A DNA stretch of 64,000 nt from Eledone cirrhosa (Eukaryota). The stretch is taken from the NCBI GenBank assembly GCA_964016885.1, contig OZ024742.1:365862001-365926000 (forward strand), written 5' to 3'. Positions within the stretch are counted from its first letter, which is position 1. The number at the start of each line of letters is the position of its first letter. The notes beneath the pieces were generated by a model. It ran no database searches and was not told where the DNA came from. It was given only the letters and a program-made list of their open reading frames with translations. The translations under genes and the position numbers were made by a program. This document shows positions 1 through 11,631 of this stretch, one piece after another.

Positions 1-1965
1 GTCAATACGTACAAGAGGGACGAGAGGGGACATCCTTGGCGGACCGAGCGCATGATGTTGAACGGTTCCGACAGGTGACCGTTCACTCTCACCACAGAGC
101 AGATGTCGCTGTGCATGGCAGCGATCGAGCCTCTGAAGACGGGCCCAAAGCCAGCCGCCCTCAGGACTGCCGCTAGGTAACGATGGTCGACCCTATCGAA
201 AGCTTTCGACTGATCTAAATTGATCAAGGACCCACCCGTGCCAGGTTCCCTAGCTACCCTCTCTACGATGTATCGCATGAGGTGGAGGTTGTCGTGGATG
301 GTTCTGTCGGGAATGGCACATGTCTGCGCCTCTCCCACCAGACCACCAACGACAAGCGCCAACCTCTTTGCTAGCACCTTGGCCAAAATCTTGAACTCTG
401 TGTTTAGCAGAGTTATGGGCCGGAAATGATCTATGTTATCCCCCTTGTTCGGATCCTTTCTCAGCAGTCCCACCGCTCCTCGGCTCACAGAACTGGGAAT
501 TCTCCCGTTCTGTTGCCAGTTGCAGTAGACGTCCGCCAAGAGGCCTCCGAACAAGTCTGGCATCTGTACGTAAAGTTCATAGGGCAGACCATCCAAACCA
601 GGCGATTTACCCCTTGTGCAGCCAGTCATTGTCTCCCTTACTTCAGCGGCTGTTATCGGCTTTTCGCAACACTTCGCCTCAGTGGCCGAGAGCCGCGGCA
701 GTCCGTCGAGGTAGACACTAAAGTCCATCCCTCGACCCGGCCCACCGCTGCCCCCGAACAGCTGAGCGAAGTGTCGCTGAAAAGCTTCACACATTTGCCC
801 GGGATCGAGTATCATGCGCCCATCGTGGTCCACCAAAGACCGGATCGTGGTTTGTTGCCACGACGCGCCTCCGCCACTCGGGCCCATTGAACAGCTTTCG
901 TCCCCTCGTGTCTGAGAGCACGTACCCTTGCTCTGACAACGCAGCCTTCGTGCTTTGCATTGAAGAATTGGTCAAGGGCCAATTTCGCCGCAAGCACGTC
1001 GGTCGCAATGCCTTTGCTAAGCGCCTCGTCTAATTTTCTAACTAGTTCTCCCTCTGCTCTATTTTTCTCTATTGCTAAAGCCTTACTAAACCTAATGGAT
1101 TCTATTCTAATCGCTCTTTTCAGAGCAAACCACCACTTGTTGTTGACGATGGCCCCCGTCAACGCCCGCTTAACTAGTTCGCTAATCCGGTCTCTGTAGG
1201 CCTTGCGCGCTGGTAAGGACGCGTTTAGCTTCCAGTAGCCGGGTCCTCGTCTATGAAGCCTATCTAAGTCAAGCACACAGATCACGAATTTGTGGTCCGT
1301 GTAGCTGATTATCTTGAATTGTGGACAGCCTATGCTACACCTATCTATTTCCCTACAAAATACTCTATCTAGATATGATCTGGATGACGCTATGCGATTT
1401 GTCCAAGTCCACATTGGCACATTCGGGAAATCCAATCGGTACCTGTGAGACAGTTCAAAACGCCTGAGCAGGTTGGTAAGGCTCTTGCACCCTCCACCCC
1501 TATCCGCTAATCCCACACAGTCCCAGCGTGCATCTAAGATCCCGTTCCAGTCGCCCACTAACACTAAAGAGCGGGACGTTCCAAGAAAGGTCTCCAGACG
1601 CCGGAAGAAATCAGGCCGCCCTGCTCCTGTCGGGGCATAGACGGCCACTAGCCTGAAAGCTTGCCCGTCTCCGCTGGTCACGTCCAGCACCACCAGCTTA
1701 TCCTCTGGGTCCAGGAGGATGGCTCGTATGGCGAGATCCAAACCTCTCCGAAAAAGCACAGCAACTCCTCCCCCCAATCCAGGACGGCTGGGAGATGCGT
1801 ACACATCGTAGCCGCCGAAGATCGGTGCGAAGGCCCGTGCTTCGGAGATTCTGGTCTGGCCACTACATCTATGTTTAGTGACCTGAGGTCGTTGAGCAGG
1901 TGACCCTGCTTCCATGACGACCCCAAGCCACGCGCATTTATGCTGCCTATTCTGAGTGAGGTCAT
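1..1965 (-). pseudogene. LINE ORF2 (APE endonuclease + reverse transcriptase), frameshifted and truncated by the window edge
   Basis: Starts MTSLRIGSINARGL. APE motifs VYAP, GDWN, SYLDR, TDH. Manual translation of ~460..1 gives RPITLLNTEFKILAK, LDQSKAFDRVDH and VRQGCPLS. Frame changes near ~1860 and ~840-790. Confidence 0.9.
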
Positions 1966-2000
1966 GTTTAAAATAGAGTGGAAAAGATGGGAAAGACCAC

Positions 2001-4106
2001 TTACCGTACTTTTGGTAGAGGAGGGATGGTTTTTACATCCCTTTTCACTTGATCGTCTAGTGAAGGGACCGTTGAATCGTCCCTTCGGCTGGTCGTCGGC
2101 TCTTCTATGAGAATGTCTGAATATACTCTTCGATTGATAGTTCCTCCTAGGTCCCTGAAATCACCAACTGCGTTGGGGAATTTCGTTTTAATGTTTGTGT
2201 ATTGTTTCTGTGCTATTTTTAGCAGTCTTATGTTAGTTGGCGTTTTGATTGGTGCTGGTATTATGTAGTCGTGTTGTGAAATGTCTGTGTGTTCAATTAT
2301 GTAAGTCATTAGTTTCTTATTGTGTGTATTTATTGCCGTGCATTTGTTTTTCTGGGGGTGGGGTGTGGTTCTGCTATTTTCTTGTCGTTGTTGCTGGGTG
2401 TGTGTGTTTTGTTGTTGTGTTTGCGATGTTGGTGCTTGTGGTGGTGGTGGTGTTGAAGGTGTTGTTGGCGGTGGGGTTGTCGCCGGTGGTGATGGTGGTG
2501 CTAGTGTGGGTGGTGATGGTGTTGGTGGTGTTGCTGCTGTGGATCTCTTTGCAGTAGACTTTACTCTTTTCTCATTTCTTTCCTCCCTTTTCAAAGTCGA
2601 CGATGCGCTGCTTCTGCGTTTGTGCCTTCTTACGACCTTTTGCCATCTCTCTCCCACCTCGCACTCCATGTCTGATTCTGTGAGGTCGGGGAGGGGTACC
2701 AGCTCCACTCTTTCACTTGTTGTTGTTGGTGATGTTTGCACTGGAGTCTCTGTTGCAGCTGTATTTGGTATTGCTGTTGTTGTTGTTAATATTTCCACTG
2801 CTGCTGCTGTTTTTGATTTCCGTGGCGTGGGTATGGGTGCCACGGACCTATCGTTCCTGGTTGCCGCTTGTGCTGTTGCTGGTAGCCGTGGATCCGGTTT
2901 CGGAAGGAGGGGGGTTTTCTCCTTTCTCGGGGTCTTCTCGTTGCAGAAGGCCCTGAGGTGAGTCTTCGATCCACACCGAAAGCATTTCGGGCGTTTTCCC
3001 TCAACACTTATGGGCAGTTGAGTGCCGTTATCGAAGTCTATCACATCCGGGATAGCTTCGATGCACTCCTGGTTGGTTTGGATTAGCATCTCAATGGAGG
3101 TGCCGACCCAATCTTCTCTTACTTTTTTCTGTACTTGCAGTACAGTTGTTTTGTCCTCGATTCCGACGAGGACAGACGCGGCCAGCCAAGAAGGGGCCAT
3201 CCCGGGGTGGACGTGGGTCAGTTTGACCCTCACAATTTTTTGCCCGCAGTAGGAGGGCACCAACACCATTTCCTTGCTCCTTAGGGTCACTACGGATTGG
3301 GCCTTTGCCTCCTGGGGTGTGGCAAAAAGTACGTCTACGGTGGCATATTTTTTGCCTCGGGTGATGTGCGTTTTCCGCTGCCACACAGACCCCAAGGCTT
3401 TTTGTATTTGAGCCTCTGTGGCTCTTTCCACCCTACGGGATTTTGTACTTACTGTACGGTACGTGACCGTACAGTGCTGTTGGGTTTCGAAGAATTTTTC
3501 CGCTGCCTTGCAGATTGCTCGGTGTCCAGTCTTTGTCACCATCTTCTTCGCTTCCTCTAATTCCTCATTTGTTATGAGGATTGTTTCCAAGTTTTTCGCA
3601 ATACCTGCAAATGAGATTGGTTTTTCTTTGCTGCTGTTGTTGTTGTTGTCGTCAGAGCTGCTGTTACTTTTGTTGTTGCTGCAGGTACTACGACTACTGC
3701 CTCCGCCGATGTTGCTGTGGTTGTTGTTGGTGTTGCTGCTGCTAATGCTGTTGTTGTTTATGCTGCTGGTGATGCTGTTGCGGCTGCTACTGTTGTTTTC
3801 ATTGTCACTGTTGCTGTTGTTATTACGGCTGCTACTGCTATTATTCCTGACGTCAGACGAATGAACTGGGTTTTCGTATTTCCCGCACACCTGTTTCGTC
3901 GCTGTCGTCGTCGTCGTGGAGAAACCTTGCACGCTTTGCACGAGACTTTTCTTTTCTTTCGTCGCTTGCGAAAGAGAAGGGAGGGAGAGAGACACATTTA
4001 AAGAAGGGAGGGAGAGAGACAATCTTCTCTCTGCTGTAGTGATGATTGAGGAAGAAGAAGACGCAATGAGTGGGAGTGACCTATGAAATTTCTTTTTCGT
4101 AGCCAT
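2001..4106 (-). CDS. LINE ORF1 nucleic-acid-binding protein (701 aa)
   Basis: Uninterrupted ORF with a CX2CX4HX4C knuckle (CFRCGSKTHLRAFC), Ser/Asn-rich N-terminal and Pro/Thr-rich C-terminal low-complexity tracts, directly upstream of ORF2. Confidence 0.85.
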   Translation of the reverse strand: MATKKKFHRSLPLIASSSSSIITTAERRLSLSLPSLNVSLSLPSLSQATKEKKSLVQSVQGFSTTTTTATKQVCGKYENPVHSSDVRNNSSSSRNNNSNSDNENNSSSRNSITSSINNNSISSSNTNNNHSNIGGGSSRSTCSNNKSNSSSDDNNNNSSKEKPISFAGIAKNLETILITNEELEEAKKMVTKTGHRAICKAAEKFFETQQHCTVTYRTVSTKSRRVERATEAQIQKALGSVWQRKTHITRGKKYATVDVLFATPQEAKAQSVVTLRSKEMVLVPSYCGQKIVRVKLTHVHPGMAPSWLAASVLVGIEDKTTVLQVQKKVREDWVGTSIEMLIQTNQECIEAIPDVIDFDNGTQLPISVEGKRPKCFRCGSKTHLRAFCNEKTPRKEKTPLLPKPDPRLPATAQAATRNDRSVAPIPTPRKSKTAAAVEILTTTTAIPNTAATETPVQTSPTTTSERVELVPLPDLTESDMECEVGERWQKVVRRHKRRSSASSTLKREERNEKRVKSTAKRSTAATPPTPSPPTLAPPSPPATTPPPTTPSTPPPPQAPTSQTQQQNTHTQQQRQENSRTTPHPQKNKCTAINTHNKKLMTYIIEHTDISQHDYIIPAPIKTPTNIRLLKIAQKQYTNIKTKFPNAVGDFRDLGGTINRRVYSDILIEEPTTSRRDDSTVPSLDDQVKRDVKTIPPLPKVR

Positions 4107-4342
4107 GTTGTTTTTTTTTGTTTAAAATAAATATTGGGTTCAAAACCCCAATAAGCAGTTATTTAACCCCGAAGGGCCAAATAACGGGAAGAAAGACCCC
4201 TCTCACGAGGAGGAGGGTGTTTTTGTCTACAAGTTCGTTAAAGTTTTAAACAATTTACAATTGTTATAGTGTTCAAAATTTACAATACCTTACATGCCGA
4301 GCCTCCGTCAACCATAGCATTCAATAATAATAATAATAATAA

Positions 4343-7300
4343 AACCCCGTGACCAAGAAATACCGGGATGGCGGCCGGCGGAGAATAGCCGTGTCTCTAG
4401 GGGAGAACGACCCCTCTAGTCTTGGTTGACACTCGTTCTAGAAGTGGTAACACGAAATGATTACCCCTTGGCGGATAAGGATAAAACGCGACAAAATAAA
4501 GTAAATGTCTAATGATAAAATCTCACACCGGATCGGCCGTCACCCGGGTAAAAAAGGGCCGCGTCCCTCAGAGAGGAACCAGACTGGGGTCGAAAAATCA
4601 GCTAATGGTTCAAACCTTCCCATCACTTCGGAGCTGGAGACCTCCCATAACCGGAATACTCCTACTATTGGCCCTCCATGCTCACCACCAAGAAATCCAA
4701 AGAAAAAGAGAGAAAAATGGTCAAGGGAAGATAATAAAGAAGTCCTTGAGGCTTTCTACACTGCCATGTACTACCCATCAAATACATCGAATACAGAACA
4801 GACATATATCAACTGGAAAAAGAAACATCCCGAAAACAGAGGCTATATTGACAGTAACAAACAAGCCAATATACGAAGAAATATTGTAAAAAAAAAGTTA
4901 CTAACTGATATAGAAATTGATCAGATCAAACTATTAGCACAAAGTCACCGAAGGGAAAATGAAACATGTGTCAGTGAAAACGAGGTAAATTGTGACACTT
5001 CGAATCCCAGGGTTGGGGCGGAATCACTGGCAACAGAACAAATTAAAGAAAGGATCGAAAAAGTGGAGGGAGTGCATGCTCAAGATGAAACTCCAAATGA
5101 AAATAATGAGATCGTAAATGATAAAGAAATGAATGAGAATGAACTTGCCAACTTGAAGGATGAAATTATGATCGAATGGATGAAAATGAAAGAATCTGAC
5201 ATGGGGCAACGAGACACCCTCCCTAAGATCCAGAACTCCAAACAGAACCAAAAGATAATACACAAGACTAACATAATTCTCAAAAACATTATCATCACAA
5301 ACAAACTAAACATTACTGATTTAAATCATCTCTATTATGCATCGGCTAAAGTCACCACTCACTTATGTGGAGTGAAGATGAAAAAACAAAGGAATTCCCA
5401 CAAGAAATCTACTTGGCAAGAGAACATCAATCGCCAAATAAACCTTCTCCGATCTGACATAGAAATTTTAACAAACTATAAAGTAGGTGAACATGTTAAA
5501 CAAACTAAACTTAGAAAATTGAAAAGAAAGTACAGTATAAAATCAACAAGTGACATAGACATGCTGATAGAAATAATCAAGCAAAAAGTGTCGGCCAAAG
5601 CTGCTCGTATAAGGCGCTTTGAAAAACGATCTAGATTCTATACGGACAATAATATGTTCAAAAACAACCAAAGAAACTTCTACAGAAAAATTGGTAAGTC
5701 AACAATAACTGCTAAATCAATACCACCCAAGGAGTAAGTGCAAGAATTCTGGGAAAAGATCTGGGCCGAAGAAAAAGTTCATAACATACATGCCCCATGG
5801 ATAGACAGACAAATGAAAGAAACAGCTCACCTTGAAGAACAAACATGGGAAAATATAACAGTTGAACAGCTGCGCTTGGCTCTAAGAAAAACCAGCAAAT
5901 GGAAATCCCCAGGAAAAGACAAAATACAAAATTTTTGGATAAATGCCTTCACAGAGTCTCATGAGCTGTTAGCCCAACTTTACAATGAAATAGTTAAGGA
6001 GCCAGAAAAGATACCATCATGGCTAGTTAACGGCATTACATTCCTGCTTCCGAAGAATGATGAGACAAACAATCCCAAAAATTACAGACCGATAACTTGC
6101 TTGACCACAATGTATAAAATTTTAACATCAGTCCTAACTGAATACACATATGACCACCTGATATAACAAATGACCTATTTCCCATTGAGCAGAAAGGGTG
6201 TAAACGAGGCTCATACGGCTGTAAGGATCAGCTTTTGGTTAACAAAATGATACTGGAAGATTGTCATAATAGACACAAAAATCTATCGATTGCTTGGATA
6301 GATTATGAAAAAGCATTCGATAGTTTGCCACACAGTTGGATTGAAAAATGTTTAGAGATTTTCAAAATATCCCCCGTTGTCAGGAGGTTTTTGTCATTCA
6401 GTATGAAGACATGGAAAACAACACTCCTTTTGAATAGTGAAACAAAATCACTGGAAGCTGGAGAAGTTAATATTAATTGTGGAATTTTTCAGGGTGACTC
6501 TTTATCACCGCTTTTATTCTGCATCGCACTTATACCATTAAGTAAAATGCTCAATGAAACAAAACATGGATATAAAGTCTATGACAAAACCATTAATCAC
6601 TTGTTCTACATGGATGACCTGAAACTATTTGCAAAAAATTATGAACAATTGCAAGGGCTATTATCCACTGTGGAGCAGTTCAGTGATGACATTAAAATGG
6701 AGTTTGGACTAGATAAATGCGCCAAAGCAACGTTCACCAGAGGAAAGCTGCTGAAGAGTTCAGACATTAATCTTGATCGGGGGAACCTGATAAGAGAACT
6801 TGATCAAGAAAAAACTTACAAATATCTAGGTGTTTGTGAAGGAGACGGAATCAAGCACTCGACAATGAGGGAAAGGATAAGGAAGGAATGTTACCGTAGA
6901 GTAAGAGCAATCTTAAGAACGGAATTGAATGCAAGGAATAGGATCGATGCCATAAACACGCTTGCCATACCAGTAGTAACCTACAGTTACAATGTCATCA
7001 ACTGGTCAAGCACAGAGATCCGTAGGCTCGATACAAAAATTCGAAAATTCTTAACCATGCACAGAATGCATCACCCTAAGGCAGATATAGATAGAATATA
7101 TCTCCCAAGGAAAGAAGGAGGACGTGGGTTAGTCCAGTTAGACATTGCGTTGAAAACTGCAACAATTGGATTATCTACATATCTAAGGGAATCACATGAT
7201 TGGATGATCAAACTCGTTTTGAAACACGAAAGCATCAAAAGATCATATTCCATTACAAAAGATGCACAAAGATACAGTAATGGACTACAAATTTCAGAAG

Positions 7301-8332
7301 TCCCATTTACTGCTGAAATGGAAAACACAGAAAAAGCAAAGCAGGTAAAAGTAACTGCAAAGAAAGAACTGCTACAGAAACTGGCTAAGAAATGGCAAGA
7401 AAAGCCTCTGTATGGAAAATACCCAGAGCTAGCTAACAATCCTGATGTTGACAAAACTTTAACCCATCAGTGGTTGGCATCCTCTGGACTGAAATCGGAG
7501 ACTGAAGGACTGATTATATCAGCACAAGATCAGTGTCTGCCAACAAAAAATTACCAAGCCAACATAATAAAAAATGGATGCAGCCCATTATGCCGTGTAT
7601 GCAAAAAACAACCAGAGACCATTGACCATATAATTTCAATGTGCAGTCCTATAGCTCCAACCGAATACCTAAACAGGCATGACAGAGCTGCACAATACAT
7701 ACATTGGATACTGTGTAAGCATTTTGACCTGCCCCATCAAAAGAATTGGTGGGAGCGTCAACCACCTCCCATACTTGAAAAAGATCACATCTCAATCTTG
7801 TGGAACTTTAGCATCCAAACAGACCGAAAAATAGATGCATATAGACCTGATATAATATTGAAGGACTTTAAAAAGAGGGTATGCCTGCTAATTGATATGT
7901 CTGTTCCAATAGACAAGAATGTATCTATAAAAACATTTGAAAAATTGAGCAAGTATAAGGACCTGGAGACAGAAATTGGAAAAATGTGGAAATTGAGAAC
8001 TAAAACAATACCAGTGGTTGTAGGCGCTCTGGGAATGATACCTAAGGGGTCTAATGATTACTTATCGCAAATCCCAGGAAACCCGCGTATAGGAGAAATA
8101 CAAAAGATAGTACTAATGGGAACTGCCCATATACTAAGGAAGATTCTGTCAATATAAGTACATCACAAGTCTAAACACTAAAGATGCATGTGTGAGTATG
8201 TATGTTCTTTCTTGAACATGGCGGACCTTGTTGTCTCTTGAGGTCACTGGTTGTGACTTGGTGATAACTCGTATGAACATAAAGCAAGATAAATGCAACT
8301 GTAATAATAATAATAATAATAATTATAATAAT
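4343..8332 (+). mobile_element. R4/Dong-clade non-LTR retrotransposon (single ORF, RT + restriction-like endonuclease) in a (TAA)n site
   Basis: (TAA)n on both sides (4323-4342 and 8302-8332), ~160-bp 5' UTR, ~145-bp 3' UTR and domain order RT-CCHC-RLE. TAA-repeat targeting is the known Dong behaviour. Confidence 0.9.
4505..8157 (+). pseudogene. R4/Dong polyprotein with one in-frame stop and one frameshift
   Basis: Motifs [41 protein letters not shown]-x8-H-x4-C, RHD, RPD...IDMSVP...KYKDL. In-frame TAA at 5735-5737 and an apparent 2-bp (TA) insertion near 6162-6166. Confidence 0.9.
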
Positions 8333-8619
8333 GGTTTCATTATTGAACAGGAAGGGTTGATAAAGTGGAAAATTCTTCCGACATCAGAGAAACAGTTTTG
8401 GGTGGGGGTTCACGTGGAAAAATAAAACAACAAAGAAAACAAATTTAAAACAAAGACAATTCCCTAAAAGGAATAGATCTCTGGGGACCATTCCTGAATA
8501 AACCTAATAAAACCCATCACTTTCACCCCTAAGGACACTACAATATCACCACAATATCACAACACACTACAACGGATAAACTATACATGTTTGGACCTAC
8601 ATCGGTTCCGACAACGAAT
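8333..8619 (-). mobile_element. Probable distal 5' UTR of the Tx1 LINE, displaced by the R4/Dong insertion
   Basis: T-rich on the minus strand like 4107-4322, begins ATTCGTTGTCGGAACC, and rejoins 4322 across an AATAAT duplication. Assignment is inferred. Confidence 0.5.
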
Positions 8620-8624
8620 ATTCC

Positions 8625-8830
8625 AGATCACTTGTGAAATTAATGTGAAGCGGTTGAGTATTTCAAAGGTACGTGTACCTTTGAAGCAATTCTCAGGGAG
8701 ATTCAATGGGATACAACGTGTAATATACCGATCCCTTTCACTAGTAGGCACAACTAATATTTTTCAGCCTGATTTGAACTCACGACCTTACGATTGTGAA
8801 CTGAACAACATAACCACCAAACCACGTGAC
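8625..8830 (-). mobile_element. Degenerate tRNA-derived SINE
   Basis: Minus-strand B-box-like GAGTTCAAATC (plus GATTTGAACTC, ~8771-8781) with a tRNA-like head toward 8830. Confidence 0.5.
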
Positions 8831-8930
8831 TCTATACACCAAACATATACATGTATGGTCTCTTAACTCCTAATGGAGTCGTAGGGGCCCCGTACTGACT
8901 TACGACGTTTCTGGGGCATTATTAAACTTT

Positions 8931-9117
8931 GGATTGGCAGTATCGGTAGAGAGTTGGAGGCCACGCTTTGCAGCAGAGAGTTACGGCCCTTTACAATCTG
9001 AGTTCAAATCCCGCCGAGGTTAACTTTGTCTTTCATCCTTACGGGGTCGATAAAATAAAGTACCAGTAATGCACTGGGTAACTGCTGGCCTTGTGCCAAA
9101 AGTAGAAACAATTATTA
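8931..9117 (+). mobile_element. tRNA-derived SINE, copy A
   Basis: A-box-like TGGCAGTATCGG, B-box GAGTTCAAATCC, ATTATTA tail, 10-bp flanking duplication ATTATTAAAC; closely similar to 10195-10389. Confidence 0.8.
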
Positions 9118-9200
9118 AACCTGGCGCAGCCCAATCCTCTCCGGGTGTAAATACAGAAGATTTCTTCCAGGGAATAAGAATGAAGGTGAGAAAGAGAAAG

Positions 9201-9348
9201 AATCGACTCCCAGTACTTGACTGGTACTTATTTATCAACCTAGAATTAATGAAAAGGAAAGTTGACTTCGGCGGGATTTGAACTCAGAGAGTCGAAACGA
9301 ATAACTGAAATCCTTCCATCTGAGGTCTCTGCCAATTCCCCACCACCT
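9201..9348 (-). mobile_element. SINE of the same family, copy B (3'-truncated)
   Basis: Reverse complement of the copy A core (CTGGTACTTATTTATC...GGCGGGATTTGAACTCAG...CTGCCAATTC). Confidence 0.75.
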
Positions 9349-9897
9349 CACCTCTACTACAATTGCTCTACTACAACAACTATCAAACTATCCTCTTCCT
9401 GCTGCTACTCAGTATCTGCAGTTCTGAAATACTGGAGATCCTCTCCATCAAGTACTCCCCTAATGACCCTGACTCACTTCCCTCAACATTTTCTACTCCA
9501 TTATCTTCTCCAACCTATTTCTTTAGGTTTCACTCAACTGTAAACCTTTACAGCTATTTTCCTCATCACGTTTCCGTACAGAGAAATAATAACATTCTAT
9601 ACGTTCAATGTAATACCAGCCACAATGATTCAAGCAGTCTGGGAGAACATTTAAAGGTCATAAGCACCCTCGCTCTTTCTTCAACCAAGTAAATAATAAA
9701 GAACAGATCTGTAGAACAAAATACACGAAAAATTAGTCAAATTTTGTTTCAAATCTTACCTTTAGTTCTGCCTATCCTTTTAAAAAAAATTCTAATTTTT
9801 ATATTTTTTATTTTGATTCTAAGACTTGTAAAAAATAGTTTAAGCCCCCACCCCACCTATGTTTCTCTGTGACTTGAGCTTACATGTAAATCCGAAG

Positions 9898-10040
9898 AAT
9901 CGGCCCCAGTACTTGACTGGTATTTTTTTTATCAACCTAGAATTAATGAAAGGCAAAGTTGGCCTCGACGGTATTTAAACTCAGACATCTCAGAGATGAA
10001 CTGATATCATTCTATCCGGCGTCTCTGCCAATTCCCCGCC
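9898..10040 (-). mobile_element. SINE of the same family, copy B'
   Basis: Near-duplicate of 9201-9348 (shared TTTATCAACCTAGAATTAATGAAA and TCTCTGCCAATTCCCC). Confidence 0.75.
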
Positions 10041-10194
10041 GACTCACCTCCCTTACACCGCCTCTTCTGAAAGGGACACGATAAAACTGTTTATTTAACC
10101 AAGGTGTATATATATAGTTACTTAGATGTTTAAAATACCTGCAAGATGTCACCGAGTATTATTGTGGATGATATGTTAGCATTATTACACTTTA

Positions 10195-10389
10195 AGGCGG
10201 TGAATTGGCAGTATCGGTAGAGGGTCGGACCCCATGCTTTGCAGCATAGAGCTACGCCCCTTTACGGTCTGAGTTAAAATCACGCCGAGGCTAACTTTGC
10301 CTTTCACCCATATGGGGTCGATAAAATAAAGTACCAGTAATGCACTGGGATAATTGCTGGCCTTGTGCCAAAAGTAGAAACAATTATTA
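10195..10389 (+). mobile_element. tRNA-derived SINE, copy A'
   Basis: Similar to copy A; 14-bp target-site duplication ATTATTACACTTTA at 10181-10194 and 10383-10396. Confidence 0.82.
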
Positions 10390-10506
10390 CACTTTATAGC
10401 AATGTTTATCAAGGTGGAATGTACCCCCCCACCGGTGGGGACAGACAATACTTTGGTGGGGAATGAAAGTTCAGAGCCTCAATACTATGTTGTATATAAT
10501 GATATA

Positions 10507-10545
10507 TATGAGGGTCGGCTGAAAAGTTATATAGACTGATCAAGA
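10507..10545 (+). mobile_element. Possible solo Tc1/mariner-type terminal inverted repeat fragment
   Basis: TA|TGAGGGTCGGCTGAAAAGTT resembles mariner TIR starts as recalled; no partner TIR found. Confidence 0.35.
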
Positions 10546-10774
10546 TACTCTCATATATATATATCGATAGACCTGATCCAGATCATGGCCCCAAGTATAT
10601 ATTTATATACTGAGGGATTGTAAACAGAAGCCAGACGAGTTTTTGATTCCAGACTCGGGCCAGATCGATAGAGATTAAACCTTGAGCTGATCAATCGCGA
10701 AACACGCGTCACACCTCAATAAACGTAATGAAGATCTAACACTTTGTCCTTCTTCTTATTATTATCATTATTAT

Positions 10775-10928
10775 AGGGAGAGAGAGGCGGAGAGGGGGGA
10801 GAGAGGGGCAGAGGGGGGGAGAGTTGGGAGGGGGGGAGATATGGTGAGAGAGAGAGAGGCGGATAGAGAAGGGGAGAGATATAGGGAGAGGGGGAGAGAG
10901 AGAGGCAGAGATAGGGGAGAGGGAGAGA
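10775..10928. repeat. Polypurine (GA/GGA-rich) low-complexity tract
   Basis: Almost exclusively G and A on the plus strand. Confidence 0.85.
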
Positions 10929-11631
10929 TCAAATGAGGTTTATTTTTCAATATGGTTGAAAGAATCAATGCAGCTCCAGCTGGCCTACAAAATGGCTCAA
11001 ACTGGGTGTTTTCTCCTCTGCTGGCCAAAATCTTCCCCATGCCCACCTGTCGCGGCACTGGCACCACCAAATTAGGTTAGGGGTGAAAACAAGAGCTCAA
11101 CGCTGTAACCTATGCAATGCTTGGATTACACTATCCTAAAGTGCATATACTTGCTGCTGGGCGGGCACTTGTGAAACCAATCGCCCGAAGTAACCCCATT
11201 GAACTGAACTTACACCGTCAATTCTTTTGATGGAGCCAGCTCAACTCACTGCGTGTGAACACCACTAGAAGTGTAAGTAAGACTCTAATGGCTTAGTAAA
11301 TATGATAATTAATAAGCATATTGCCCTGCGCGGGTTTTGTAGTTCGATATATTTTAAGTATGTTATCGGGCAATGAAATGAAGCGACAAAAACCCCAGAA
11401 AATTAGGAATTTTGTTTGTCTTTTCAAGGTCTCTCATGTAGTTATGTACCACACATTTGCCCAGTACACAACCTTTCATTTCATCAATTTTATCAATACT
11501 CTATGATAAAGGGCCACCTTAATAGACTCTGTCTGCAGTCAATTTGTCCATCTATAGGGGTATTTTACCCATTTTTCTAAACTATTATTCACAGCAATCT
11601 ACTGTAGTTACAATTATAATCTCCGTTCAAG

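Larger units (their letters stand above)
1..4322 (-). mobile_element. L1/Tx1-clade non-LTR retrotransposon (ORF1+ORF2); its 3' part runs off the window start
   Basis: Two-ORF layout: a gag-like ORF1 with a CCHC knuckle, followed 35 bp later by an ORF2 with APE endonuclease and L1-type RT motifs. Confidence 0.93.

Noticed and set aside
220-4001. Plus-strand ORFs overlapping the Tx1 LINE (poly-Leu, Val/Gly-rich)
   Set aside because: Antisense shadows of low-complexity ORF1/ORF2 sequence.
8931-10389. tRNA genes
   Set aside because: A and B boxes belong to SINE heads; no cloverleaf can be formed.
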